A stretch of DNA of 64,000 nt from Octopus sinensis (taxonomy: Eukaryota), in NCBI RefSeq assembly GCF_006345805.1, contig NC_043000.1, positions 163,556,001 through 163,620,000 on the forward strand, read 5' to 3'. Positions 24,830-38,641 of the stretch are shown piece after piece. The translations under genes and the position numbers were made by a program. The first letter of the stretch is position 1. Each line of letters opens with the position of its first letter. Under the pieces are notes generated by a model that was given only the letters and a program-made list of their open reading frames with translations, was not told the DNA's origin and ran no database searches.

Positions 24830-26536
24830 TATATATATATGCCACAGCATTGCCGAAGCCCACTAACTGAAACAAAAGAATAATATATACATGGCCATGA
24901 AAAGTTTTGGAATCAACTACTTATAGCCCCTTCTGGTAAACTTGAATGTGATACGGTTTCAACCCCTTGTTGAAACTGTGTCGAGAGGTAATCTTAGCTG
25001 GAGATTACATACTCGTATAGCACTACCTATGGTGGTCACTTCTTAATGCAAAATTTTAAACTTTAATTTACATTTTAAACAAAATAGAAATATTGGCTTG
25101 AAATTTCTTAGAGAGAGTATAAAACAAAATTGCTACAATTAATAAAACATTAAAAGAATTTTTTTAAAATAGTACTACCTAAAAATAGAATAAAATTTTG
25201 TTTGTTATTTGATGAACTAATCCTTTAATCAAACTTCTAAACAGAATTTTTGTTGCTGTTTTCTTTCGTATTAAACCAGGAATTATTATATATTAATTAC
25301 ATACTTTTATGTTCTGAATTACAATCCTGTCGGGAATAAATTTAATCCTTTAGAAGTTGTTAAAATAATTACAAGCTAAGAACTAGAGCCGCTTTAAATG
25401 ACTGTTCCCTACTACAAAGCTTATAATGAACTTCTTTAAATATTCCATGTAATGACAAAAATACACATTCAGTATATAATCATTTGAATAGTGAATTGCA
25501 TGACTACAATTTGTGACTGTGTTCAAATCTGGCTGTGGTCAGATTTAGTTTTCATTTTATGATTGGTTATTGAAATAAAGACCTGTCAAGGATAGACGTA
25601 TTTGAAATATTGTATGTCCATCCCATAATTTCTTGAGGGTCCTCCTGCGAATAGTTCTAAAAAGTTAGTTGAGAGAATTGAAAAAGTAGTGGAAACAATG
25701 CTTTACACAATTTAATTGCATTCCCTTACGACATGCGTTCAAATATCATTGGATTGACTTTGTCTTTTATGCCTCGGACAGAAAACGTACCAGTAATTTT
25801 CAAAAATGCATCAATCGACAAACCATTCTCCTACACTCTTGTCACCTTTGTACCAATATATAACAGAAAGTATTGCGCAGTCACAGCACCTTGTATTTGG
25901 GGGAAAATGCTCTTCATACGAGCAAACGAAGTGGCGCTTCCGCGAATGATCTAGTTGCTAGAAAAAGAAGCCAGATATTTCTCAGAATATACCTTATTGT
26001 CTTAAAAAGAAAAGACACGGAGGTCACATTAAATAAATTAGTCCTATATACCTTTCATTATATGTCTGCTCGGTCAGAGTTCATCTGAGGCCAAATACCA
26101 TAAAACAACAGCAGCAACAACAACACCTTCATGAAATATTAGTTCCATTATTTATTTATTTATATAATCTTTGATAATAACTTCAAATCTATCGTAACAT
26201 TTTTTCTAATTATAAATCTTCGTCTTTATATTTTTCTACTCCTTCTATGAAAACATTAATGTTATTTTAGGAAATGTTAACATCAATTGTAATAGATATT
26301 ATAACTAACGTTTATTTATTTATTTATTTATTTATTTATTTGAAGATTTTAGTATTAGGTAAGACTTAGACTGATGAAGCGGTCCAATTGATATCAGTTT
26401 CGGTTCATAGGATGGGATTAAATGTCAATCTTACTTCGGCATTTTCTGCAGCATTTCTGGATAACTCATCAAGTCATCAGTCTACATATCAGTAAATTAG
26501 GAAACAAGGTGCAAAAGGTGAATCGGTACGAACTAA

Positions 26537-26643
26537 TAATAATAATGATAATAATAATAACACAACAACAACAACAACAACAACACAACAACAACAACAA
26601 CACAACAACAACAACAACGACAACGACGACGACGACGACGACG

Positions 26644-26690
<47 letters not shown>

Positions 26691-26700
26691 AATGATAATA
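26537..26700 (+). repeat. (AAT)n/(AAC)n/(GAC)n microsatellite
   Basis: Direct inspection. Confidence 0.95.
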
Positions 26701-26702
26701 AT

Positions 26703-27122
26703 CCTTTCTGCTATAAACACAAGGCCTGAAATTTTGGGGAGGGAGATAGTTGATTTCATCGACCCAAGTGTTTCACTGGTACTTAATTTATCGACCCCGG
26801 AAAGGATGAATTTGAACTTAGAACGTAAAGATGGACGAAATGCCGCAAAGCATTTTTCCCAGCATGCCGCCTTAATAATAGTAATAATAATAATAATACT
26901 TTCTACTATAAGCACAAGGCCTGAAATTTTAGAGGAGGGGACCAGTCGATTACATCGACTCCAGTGTGCAACTAGTTCTTAATTTATCGACCCCGCAAGG
27001 ATGAAAGCCAAATCGGCCTTGTGGAATTTGAACTCAGAAAGTAAAGATGGAAGAAATGCCACTACGCATTTTGCCCGTCGTGTGAACGATTCCTTTCTAC
27101 TGTAGGCATAAGGCCTCAAATG
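26703..27122 (-). mobile_element. Tandem SINE family A copies
   Basis: Two bodies plus a third 3' end (tttctactataagcacaaggcctgaaatttt...). Confidence 0.85.
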
Positions 27123-29747
27123 TTGAATCACACACACACACACACAGACACACAGACACACACACAGACACACACACAGACACGCACACGCACATACATA
27201 CATACATGCATACATACATACATACATACATACATACATACATACATACATACATACACACATACATACATACAGGTTCATTGTAATATTCATATGTTAT
27301 CATTGAGCCAAACATCGTTTTCCGCAAAATAACATTTACCATTATCAACTCGACATGATTTCAATTTAGCAAATAATGTGTTGGAATCGTGTACTGAAAT
27401 TCGCTTCGTCTCATTCTCTCTACAGTTTCTTCAAATATTGATTCCTCACATTAACACGAGGACAAATATTTTTACGGGAAAATACTTTCAGCTTATCTGA
27501 TTCATCGAATGCAATTAGGAATTGATTTATCGACCATGAAAAAATAAAATAATAAGTCGATTCTGACAGTATTTTGAACTCTTAATGTATAAAGCGAGAG
27601 TTGAATTTACAAATTTAGTGTTTAGGAATCTCAAGTTTCCTGAGGAATATGAAAATATGTCAGCCCAACCCAGTTTGTATATTGCACTGTCCAATAATCT
27701 ATTTCAAGACCAAACTGTTGACTTCGATCTGGTCACTCGGTCAGCTAGTAATAGTAATCAAATCTCGCTCAAATCCCACATTGCTTTTATAAAAGTTAAG
27801 GACTCTTTAGATAATGTAGTCTTTGATAAATAATATATATCATAGTGAACGTATGACGCACATGCCAATAGTGATAGTCCGCAGCCGCGCCCTTTTTTCA
27901 TGTCATATATTTTCTCATAAAAATCTTATCTATAAACTAAAATACATGTGCCATTCTAACAAAATGATTATTAACAAAATAAATTTCGACGTGTCTGGCA
28001 GAGAAAGATTTGTTATAACTGCGCTATACTACGTCTGAAAAAAGAGACTTGGCAAAAAGGCTAATCGGCAACAGCAACAATACAATGAAATAAACTTCAA
28101 GGCAATGGACTGTGTCACACCAAAACCTATTGAAGTATTTCGAAGCAGATAACACATCAATATTACTTCTATCGCTTTCGCTAAAAGTCCAAATGCTTAT
28201 AAAATAAGTGTAAGCCATTGCCTGGAGATGTTTTCAATCGAGTATATCATATTAATAAAATGCATGGAATATTATGCTAGTTAAAAAGCGATGACTTGGC
28301 AGATTCGTTAGTGTTGGACAAAATACATTGCAGATTTGTTAGGCTCTTCCTTTTTTGAATTAAAATCCAGCCGAGATCCCTTTTGCCTTTCATTCTTCAC
28401 AGTCTTTAATATAACGCATCAATCTAGTGCTGGGATTGATATAATTGGTTCCTTCCTCCAAATTTGGACATATTGTGTCTGTGTAAGAAAATAATAATAG
28501 TGTCCTAAATGAGCAAAAATGACAAGAAACCAAATATCCAGATAGGGGACATTTTTGTGGTCGTAATACGGCAGAAAATTATTTATGAGTGATATAAACC
28601 AAATCTCTCATAAACGATATTCTTTCGTCTTAAATAAGGGTTGAACTTATTAGATGATGCATTGATATAAACCTCTTAAAAAAAAGACTTATGGCAAGGA
28701 CTACAATACCTTTGATTGTCGGTCTACTCTGCCAGAAGCAGCCTTGATTATGCAGCAGAGATTTGCAATTGGCTGTTTTAATATGATGTGTTTACTTCCA
28801 TATTTTATCAACCGAAATGTGCCGAGCCAAAAAATGTTATGTAATTATCGTTGACTCAAGCTACAAAGCTCTAAAGAGGGAAGCTGGTAAGTTATGTTAT
28901 ATCCACCTGTGTAAGCAAGGACAGTTCGGGTAACTTGCATAACTTCGCTTATGTCTACAAATGTTTTGGATAATTAAAAAATAAATAAATAAATAAAAAC
29001 AGCGTAATCCCTAATCACTATACCAATTTCGAAATTTGATAACAAAAATTTTAACTGCGTCTCTTAATAATACCAAAGACAATAGAAAAATAGCAACAAC
29101 AATAAAGTTATAATAAAATATCAAGTGAGTTATGGTCACAGATTCGAAGTTTTACCTTATTTATGGTCGTTCCAACATCAAATTATGTATTTACTTATAA
29201 TTAAAATATAAATACACACATCTATACATGCGTGTGCGTGTGTGAATGTGTATATACATATATATGTGTGTATTGTGTATGTGTGTATGTGTGTGATATA
29301 TATACACACGTGTATAGATATGTATTATATAAATGTAGAAAGAGAGTAATTCGTATGAACACGCACACAAGCGAAGGTTTAGACATACAAATATGTCTGT
29401 AAAGGTGTGCACATATATATATCTATAAATATATACCCACAGATACAGAAGTACACACACGCATACACTTATACCTATAGGCACAGAAATACACACGCAC
29501 ATACATAGATACATACATACATACACACACACAAATAGCTGGTACAGAAGAGCAAATATAAGAACGAATCTCTTTCTCTATTTATGTGTGTGTGCGTGAA
29601 TTTATATGTGGTTTTGTGTGTTGTGTTGTTATCTTTGATAGCAGCTATTCAAGAAGGCGCAACATTCAACATCTTAATGCAAGAAGTAAATATAGAGAAA
29701 AAAAGGGAGACGGAGAGAGAGAAAGAGAGAGTACGAGAGAGAGAGAG

Positions 29748-29794
<47 letters not shown>

Positions 29795-30668
29795 AAAGAA
29801 AGGACGAAAGAGTGCGAAACTACAGAAGGAGACAGAGAAAGAGATATACATGGTTTAAGAGATAAAGAGTTGAAAGAAAAAAAAAGAGAGTAAAGTGAAT
29901 TAAAGTGGCAGCGAATACAATGGAAACAGACTATTTTAGACAGACGGATTCTTTTGATCAACTCCTTGAAAATAAAAAATAAAAACAATAATAATAAAAT
30001 CGCTACCAAACACATCTTAGTTAGGTGAGACTTCAATTAAGGTCCGTGTTATAACTGGTCATGTTAATAGCGGCTGCTTGTAAAGAGAAAGACGCCGATC
30101 GTGATTGGCGACGACTTGGAGGGGAGTTTGCTGTGGCGGCGGCGGCGGGACATGTTATAGATGCTTGATTTACATGTGTGTGTGTGTGTGTGTGTTAACA
30201 GATGAGATCGAATCTCTATATAGAAAACACTTGGTAGCACTCAAAAGATTTGAACTTTCACAGCTGCAACAGCTGTCGCACGCCCAACATCATACCTTCT
30301 CCCCTCGAACTCTTTGTGTCTATTTTGCTCTATTAATATACAAATATATTATTCATATATATATTTATACTTGAAAGTTAACCATCTGAAAATATTTTAG
30401 TTTTTGCCTTTTCTCTATTTACATGTACACACCATGTATATATATTCTGTATATAAACCTCAAGGAGTTTTATCTATGTGTGTATATATATATATATATA
30501 ATATATATATATATATATTATATATATATATATATAAACTAAGCAAAAAATGGAACAAGAACGTAACAGGCGACAACAAAACATCTGGACAGTTAGACGA
30601 TACAAAAAAGGGCAGGAAAAAACAATGACGGTTCATTCAGAGCTTTCTATAGTCAGTCGAATTCCAGA

Positions 30669-30729
30669 TCTTCCCTGCAGTTTCGGCTGGTTACACCCGA
30701 GTGCTAAGGGCACTAGATTCTTCGGAAGA
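30669..30729 (-). ncRNA. Degenerate hammerhead-like motif
   Basis: TCTT-CCGAAGA-...-GAAA-CTGCAG-GG-AAGA; core U4 changed and NUH lost. Confidence 0.3.
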
Positions 30730-30925
30730 AAGCAAGCGAATGTATACGAAAACAAGGACGGAAAAAATGGAGACATGGTACACAATTACAAATACAAACA
30801 AGACATTAACAACAGGTGTCTTATAGTTTCATATATATATATATATATATAGATATATATATATATATTTTTCAGAATGAGATGAAAAACCAAGGCTGTG
30901 AAGATTTTAGAACAATTATAAATAG

Positions 30926-30973
30926 GTCTTACAGCTGTTTCCAGGATATTTATTATATCCCTTCATCGGAGAC
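30926..30973 (-). ncRNA. Minimal type-I hammerhead ribozyme motif (U4C core variant)
   Basis: GTCT-CCGATGA-aGGGATAT-aataa-ATATCCTg-GAAA-CAGCTG-TA-AGAC; all three helices and a GUA site. Confidence 0.65.
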
Positions 30974-31338
30974 GGTGTGAGAAAATGTTTAAGCAATAGT
31001 TAATTTAGATAAGACTCCTTTATCGCATAATGACCGAACCTGGAGCTTAACTATGGTCTAGCCATAGCACTTACTCAGCATTACCTGACACCTTTGGGTC
31101 TTACTGACACCATTACTTCTCATGACCTCCACATATATATATATACTATTTGGACTGCACTGGGAATGATTTCCTTGCTTCAGTTCACCAATCAACATCC
31201 ATTTGGGCAAATATATATATATATATATCGCAAATATATATATATATCGCAAATATATATATATATATCGCCATGTTGATTCGCTAGCCTCTGCACGCAT
31301 TTTTTTCTCTCCTTCTGTCTGTGTTTTTTCTCTGTGTA

Positions 31339-31376
31339 TCTTTCTGTTGAAGAGCGTAGGCTCGAAACGTTAAAGA
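31339..31376 (+). ncRNA. Minimal hammerhead-like motif (A6U variant)
   Basis: TCTTT-CTGTTGA-a-GAGC-gtag-GCTC-GAAA-CG-TT-AAAGA. Confidence 0.5.
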
Positions 31377-31504
31377 CTTGTTTTATTTATATTTCCTGAG
31401 CGCCATACTAATACAATTGTTTGTTTGTATTCCACCTGCCTTCGTCTTTTGTTTATTTCCGTAAACCTGCCTTCGTCTTTTGTCTATTTTCATAAAGCTT
31501 CCCG

Positions 31505-31547
<43 letters not shown>

Positions 31548-31779
31548 ATATATATATACATATACATATGTATGTATGAATGTATGTATGCATAGCATTC
31601 TGTGTATCTTACTTAACGTGAATATACTGTAGAAAGCCACAACACTGCGGTATTCGACACGAGGAAGCATTTCCTAAAGATGTATAGCGTTAAAAACATA
31701 GAGGTTTATCAGTGGCATACGAAAAATGTCAAGCAACGGTAGATATATGTGTGTACGTCTGCTATAGTCTTTCTAAGAT

Positions 31780-32175
31780 TTGTAATACGTTTTGGATTGA
31801 AGCTCTGGGCGCAATCGGATCTCAATGCAGCAACGAAATTTGAGGTTTATCAAGCATGTCTCTTAAAAGCGCTATTGTATGAATGCGAGGTCTGCACAAC
31901 CTACTGCAGATATATCCAACATTTCGAGCGATTCCACCAGCGATGGTTGGTGATCTCGTATATTCCATACGAGAGCACTGTAGCGGTTGAAAATGACAAG
32001 TATCGACTCTATTTTTCTTAAACACCAACGTAGATGATCTGATCATCTTGTCCACATAGAAGACACCTGCATTCCCAAATGGATGTTGATTGGTGAACTG
32101 AAGCAAGGAAATCATTCCCAGTGCAGTCCAAATCAAGCGTTTCAATGACAATCTCAATGATACACTTAATATGAT
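31780..32175 (+). pseudogene. RTE-clade LINE C-terminal fragment
   Basis: LWAQSDLNAATKFEVYQACLLKALLYECEVCTTY..LERFHQR-like sequence, then DHLVHIEDTCIPKWMLIGELKQG (like GHxxRMxDxRxPKxxLxGEL). Confidence 0.85.
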
Positions 32176-32229
32176 CAATATTAACATTAATATCAGAGCA
32201 GTTCTTGCATCGGTAGGAACCAATGTTAG

Positions 32230-33110
32230 TACCATTTTTAACCTCGGAAGGACACCTCATCTAGCTGGTTATCGATGCAATTTGCACCCAATATATATTG
32301 TAAGCAGGGGATCGAACCGCTACAATTTTCCAGCGGCGAGGCGGCACCACCAGACCGTCCGCTTTCGAGCTACTTGTGCACATTCTCAGTGGTGGACACC
32401 CATCCGCTAGAGATAGTGAAGTGACGAAAAACATTACTTCTCAGTATAATTACTACTTTCATCTCTTACCGAGATTTTCCAATTAGTTACTTTGCTTGTT
32501 GCAAGATCAGTGACTGATTATCACTTGCTGTTCTATATATATTGCTAGCTGGAGCGAATTCCTGCTCTCTCTAGCGATCGGGTGTTCACCAATGAAGCTG
32601 GGAACAAAATAGACTGAAACCGTTCGATCTGTTGATCCCGCCGTCTGCAAGAAGATGGTAAGGGTTCTCTCCCTTGCTTGCAATATATACAGGGTGCAGA
32701 TTGTATCGATAACCAGCCCGAGGAGGCTCTTCCTGGAGTTAAATTCGATACTAACGTCGAATAGCCGTATTGATGTGGCGATAAATATTACTTCTCGGTG
32801 TTGTTATTACTTTCGTTCTCTTATAAAGATTTCCTAACTAGTTACTTTGCTTGTTGCAAGATCAGGGAAGTACTGCTATCTCTGGCGGAGGGTGCCCATC
32901 ACTAAGGATAAGCACAAATAGCTCGAAACCGAACTAGTGGTCTCATTGTCGTCGATAAATGATGGTAGTTCGATCCCTTGCTTGCAATATATATCTAGTG
33001 GAGATTGCATCGATAACCAGCTGGAGGAGGCGTTCTACTGGGGTTTTAAAAACAGTAGTAACGTCAATTCCAGCGGAACAGCCATGGTGATAAACATTAC
33101 TTGCTACGAT
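32230..33110. repeat. Diverged ~350-bp repeat, two direct copies plus one inverted partial copy
   Basis: tagttactttgcttgttgcaagatcag at ~32484 and ~32839; gcttgcaatatata..gattg[ct]atcgataaccagc at ~32675 and ~32980, inverted at ~32263-32318. Confidence 0.75.
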
Positions 33111-33965
33111 AAACGTTACATTGTTCCAAAGAGAAAGCAGGAGGTATTGGTGATATTGGCTAGAAACTTCATTCTGTTTTTGCTATAGCTACAGTGGAGA
33201 ACATGCACAAATATTACCGTAGTTACTAATTTCGTTTCTCAATTATGTGTTGCGCAATAGTTTGGAATTGGGTGAGTGTATTTTAGTTGACTAATACATT
33301 AGAAATAAAATTTACTCCTACTTTCCAGTTCTTTTTGTAGCCAAAGAATTACACGATTCTTTCATATTCTCAACATCACTCTTTATTATAATAAAGAGCA
33401 ATTGCAAAACACTACACGACACACTATAAAACAAAATTAGATAGAAAATTATTCGCAGAAAATATTACTATACTTTAGAGAATACCCCAAAGAAATAGAC
33501 TATTGGTTGTGGAGGTAATATAAATATCGTAGCACAATTTTATAATCACCTTCCAACAACCATACATCATAAATACGAAGCCAATTAGGCAGAACTCTAT
33601 CGCTCTAACGGTTGAATTATGGCGGGAAAGGACTTAATACAAGCCGGCCACAAAAAAGCAGGATAGATTTCAAAAACGATCTACACCCGGAAGACTGAGA
33701 TAGGTTATGAATGCTGATAAAGATAATTTGGGGAATTTATTTTCAAATGAATTATATGGGTCTGTTAACGAAGATAGGAAAGAAACTTTAATGAAAAAAA
33801 GATTGCACTCGAACATAGTTATGTTTACAAAGACATACGCATACACATGTATGTCTGTGCATGTGTGTTTGTGTGTATATATATATATATATTGTTAAAA
33901 AAAGGTAAAACAACAAAAGAATGAAAGAGACCTTTATATTATGTAAATAGAGGAATTTATAATTT

Positions 33966-34212
33966 ATCTGTAAAAGTAATATGTGACATTTATTCGGTAG
34001 CCATGATAAAACTCCGAGTTTCGGATGCCGAGGTAGAAATCCACGCCGCCATCTCTTCAGTTATCTGGCCATCGGAAAAAAATGCCTCTTTTCTTTCATT
34101 TTTCCGATGGCCAGATAACTGAAGAGATGGCGGCGTGGATTTCTACCTCGGCATCCGAAACTCGGAGTTTTATCATGGCTACCGAATAGTTGTCACATAT
34201 TACATTTCAGAT
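33966..34212. repeat. Long DNA palindrome (~117-bp arms, 90 bp perfect) of Penelope-type terminal repeat
   Basis: 33991-34080 is the exact reverse complement of 34099-34188; flanked by (TA)n. Confidence 0.9.
34108..34181 (+). ncRNA. Minimal type-I hammerhead ribozyme motif (mirror copy 33998-34071 on minus)
   Basis: TGGCCAGATAA-CTGAAGA-GATGgCGgcGTgGA-tt-TCTACctCGgCATCc-GAAA-CTCgGAG-TT-TTATCaTGGCTA. Confidence 0.7.
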
Positions 34213-34233
34213 ATACTATATATATATATATAT

Positions 34234-34294
<61 letters not shown>

Positions 34295-34538
34295 CGTGTA
34301 GAATGAAATAAAACGATTTCTGTTCAATCTGCGTTCAGGTCCATTTCTTCAATTCACCAATAAGTTTTAATTTCAATTATCCGCACCAACGCACGGTTGC
34401 AACGCCAGATGGTTGTACCTCCAACCGTGTGGTTTACTGCTGTGATTTTTGCTACTAAGGTATCGGTTAAACTGTTGATTAATCTACTACAAGATTATTC
34501 ATCTTTCTATCACATCATATATATATATATATATATAT

Positions 34539-34617
<79 letters not shown>

Positions 34618-34711
34618 CATATATGTATATATATAATATATATAGATAGATAGATAGATATGCATATATATGATACATATAGATATGATGTATATATGTA
34701 TATATGTATGT

Positions 34712-34782
<71 letters not shown>

Positions 34783-34872
34783 TATAGATAAATAATAAAT
34801 ATTGGGAATAAATCCAAATTTACAGGGAAAAAATCAGATTTAGGATTAAATCCAATTTTATAGTAAAATATT

Positions 34873-35188
34873 ATATAATATTAATAGAGACAAAACCACT
34901 ATTTTGCAAAACAAACAAGGAAAGACTTAATCAATACAAAATTTTAATAAAAAGTAAAAAAACCGCCACTACAATTGTTTCATGTCTTGATCGACAATCT
35001 TCAGGTGGATTTTCGATTTTCAAGTCAGTTTCAAATTTGAAACTGACTTGAAAATCGAAAATCCACCTGAGATTGTCGATCAAGACATGAAAACAATGTA
35101 GTGGCGGTTTTTTTTACTTTTTATTAAATTTTATGTATTGATTAAGTCTTTCCTTGTTTGTTTTGCAAAATAGTGGTTTGGTCTCTAA

Positions 35189-35200
<12 letters not shown>
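34873..35200. repeat. Spacer-less DNA palindrome (~164-bp arms) of Penelope-type terminal repeat
   Basis: Centre tttcaaa|tttgaaa at 35035/35036; arms differ by a few substitutions and 1-nt indels. Confidence 0.92.
34966..35008 (-). ncRNA. Minimal type-I hammerhead ribozyme (canonical core)
   Basis: CCAC-CTGAAGA-tTGTC-gatcaa-GACAt-GAAA-CAATTG-TA-GTGG; GUA site. The mirror copy 35063-35104 carries core indels. Confidence 0.8.
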
Positions 35201-35256
<56 letters not shown>

Positions 35257-35299
35257 ATGTATGTATGTATGTATATATGTATGTATATATATATATATA

Positions 35300-35680
35300 T
35301 TCTCTTGTCAAAGACAATATTTCTCCAGCGTTCACTACTTTACCTCGTCTCGTCTACCGACCCTCCATGCTTGTTTTTGGTCGGTTTATTTGTATGTCTC
35401 CACTGTCCTGTTTTTGTTACCAGCTTTGACCCTCCGCAAATCCCAAATTTTATTTTGGTTCGGGGGAGCAACTGCCTTCAAAGTCTTATATTGTCGTTCA
35501 GTGCTCGAATTAAGGAGTAGAAGGAGAGTCAACAACTGATGAAGAGTCGTTTTTTATGTTACTTCTCTTGTTTTCCATTTGTTTCTCTCGTTTTTCGCGT
35601 ACCCATTTTTATTTTCGTATTTCATGTTGTTTACGTTTTGTGATGTCCTGTACTAATATATGCAATCCCAAATACATGTA
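35300..35680 (+). repeat. Unclassified interspersed repeat in (TA)n
   Basis: ctgtcctgtttttgttaccag...tcccaaattttattt...ggagcaactg...caacaactgatgaa; inverted homolog at 45722-46110. Confidence 0.7.
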
Positions 35681-35760
35681 TATGTAGGTATGTACATATA
35701 TGTATATATACATATATGTATAGTATATATATAATATATATATATATATATAATATATAT

Positions 35761-35805
<45 letters not shown>

Positions 35806-38460
35806 ATACTGAGAGTGACAGAACATGTATTTTAGATGTTTCTAACATATAGTGTTTCATGTATATATATTCACACGCAGATATGCAGACACATATGCAA
35901 ACATACGTACCTATATAATTGTATGCGCACACGTATTAATTTGCAAAAACACGTACACACACACTTACACATTCCTAACCACCTATTTATAAACAGATGC
36001 AAGACGCACAAACACAAGTAAACATTAAAAAGTTGCACTGTACTTGTTAAAAATTGTTCAAATACTAACAAATTGACTGATTTTTTTTTCCGTTTTTACT
36101 CGACATTCATCTTCAAATATCTCACACCTAGTAACTCACACTTCTGGCCAAATTGCGGTAATTTGCTTCTAAGATCCACACTATCCACCCTGCTACTCCA
36201 TATACCGAATAGTTTTCTCATTCATTCTGTGTCTCCTATTATTCCATGTTCTACCTGCTTGGCAAGAGTTGTAATCTAGAATTATGATGAAATTAAGGCA
36301 ATTTGCATGATAATGTTTTTTTTTAATATTTCATCATGCTTAGATTATTATCAACCTTTTTATATTTTTTGGCAGAAGAAAAACCATAATTCAACCCGGC
36401 CTTATAAGTGACCGGTGCTATAATACAAAATAGAAAGAAAATATGCTTGTTTCATAGAATTTCCCCGAAGGCCACTCTTTACACTTTCAAGCCCGTATGA
36501 AAACGAGTTTCTGGTGAACGGTCGATCTGTGAGAAATCCCGAAAAAACAACCCCGCAGAGGTATATTGGATATGATATTCCAGGATATACAATGATTGAA
36601 CAAAAGCTGGAATGATCATTTGGAGCCATTTTTACCATCGACCTGTTCTATCGGCAATGGCCAGGGGTTAAACAGTTACAACAGCCTTAACGGGCGTCTT
36701 TGTTCAACGGATTGAAATGCTCTCACTCGCTACAGAAGCATAATAATTACTTCAAAAATATATTTCCATAGGCAGCAGTGCCTATACATTATATTTGTGC
36801 TCATTAATAAGTGCATAAATGTAAAGACAAATTAATACCAAGAGTTTGTAGTTTTATCAACATTTTGGTACGAAAAGCTTGAGTATGAACAAGGATATAC
36901 TTAAGTTTCTTGACCAGCCGAAACTTACATCCACCCATCTCCTCGTTACTTAATATATTTGCAACAATGCCATTCTGATCTTTATGCTGGCTGTATAAAA
37001 TGGCCTTAAGAATAATGTTTATGCCACTATTATGGATTGTTAAAGCTGGAGTAGAAAATATAAAAATGAAGTATTGAATATATTTATTTTTCTTTCCAAT
37101 ATAAGGATTTAGGAGGCTTTTCTCATCAGTTTCCGATACCTACACTTCAATGCCTCAAGTAATCTACTCTATCTCAGTAAAAAAGAGAAATCGTTCCATT
37201 CTACTTGCAGATACAGTAAAACAAAGTATCGGTGACCAGCACGTAGATTTACAAAATTGTTGCTGGATGATTAGTATGTACAATAAGTGATTCAACTGTT
37301 AAGACAACGGAACGACATCCTCATTATGTAGAATCAGTTGGACAACGTGTGATAAGTGGGAAACAAGGTTAATCTTTTGCAATACAAGCACAACCCATCC
37401 AATGGACTTCTAAGCAGTTTATCTTCAACCATTTTCACTCACAAGAGTGGGCACGAACGGAGGCTATGGCAAAATGCCCTTTCCTATATGGCCATGATCT
37501 AGAATCGAACTTGGAAATTCATATCGAAATAAACTTCTTATATTGTCAATCAAGCCGTCGTCCAGACATAATAGATTATTAGCAATGAACAAAAACAAAA
37601 CCATAGGAATTTCAGTGAGAATGTCTGTCTGTATGTATGTATGTATGCATGTATGTATGTATGTGCATTTTACGTTTGGGCTTATACAGGCTTTATATAT
37701 GTACGTATATGTATATATTTATAGATATAGATAGACAGAGTGACAGCAAGACAAGCAGACTGGCAGCAAGACAGACAAATCGACAGACAGACATGGCAGA
37801 GCTTCTATTCGATATTCATGTTAAATATATTTTCAGTATGTGTCCGACGGTATACATATGAAAGCTTGTATACAATTTTTGCATGCAATATTTGTTTTAG
37901 TATTTCACACCAATCCAAAAAGCAGGTCGCACGCACACGCACACATGCGCGCGCATAAAAGCCACTCTCCCACTTTCTAGTTCTTGCTTGCCTGTTCCTC
38001 TCAAGATTGTATAATGAGCAGACAATGAGAAAATAATCAAATCCTGGGTATTAACTATCGGCTTCTTTTGACGTTGATGTAAATATTACAGATGACAGTT
38101 AATATCAAAGCCAATAGAACGCTCACTCACATAGCCACATATGGTCTCATACAAATTCTTATTTCATCTTTTCGTCTGGAGTCGGCAATTTTTAAAACTT
38201 ATTCCAGATGTTTGCATGTTGCTAACTAATCCATTCTTGAAATTAAATGGTAGGCATTGGGTTTATGTGTGTGTGCTCTCACGCGCACTCGTATGTGTGT
38301 GTGTGTGTGTGCATATGTATGTGTACATATATATACCGGAGTAAGCACATAAATGCGAAACAAGGTGGAAAAAATAGTACATAAACAAAACTGTTCGACG
38401 AACGGGAACGTGAAACTCTGAGTAACAGCATTTGTGATATTTCAGCTGTTTTTTAATAAA

Positions 38461-38497
<37 letters not shown>

Positions 38498-38641
38498 TGT
38501 AAATAATTTTATTTTTCATTCCCTTTCGAAATTACCCCTAATAGTGGTTTGGATTTTAACTATTCCTTCAAGCGGGTTAGATGTCCTATTATGGCCATCA
38601 CTTATGTGTTCAATGTACACTGTATATATATGTATATATAT

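Noticed and set aside
36390-36671. piggyBac-like MITE (tcaaccc...ggggttaa)
   Set aside because: Left TTAA is imperfect and the TIR match is too short to support.
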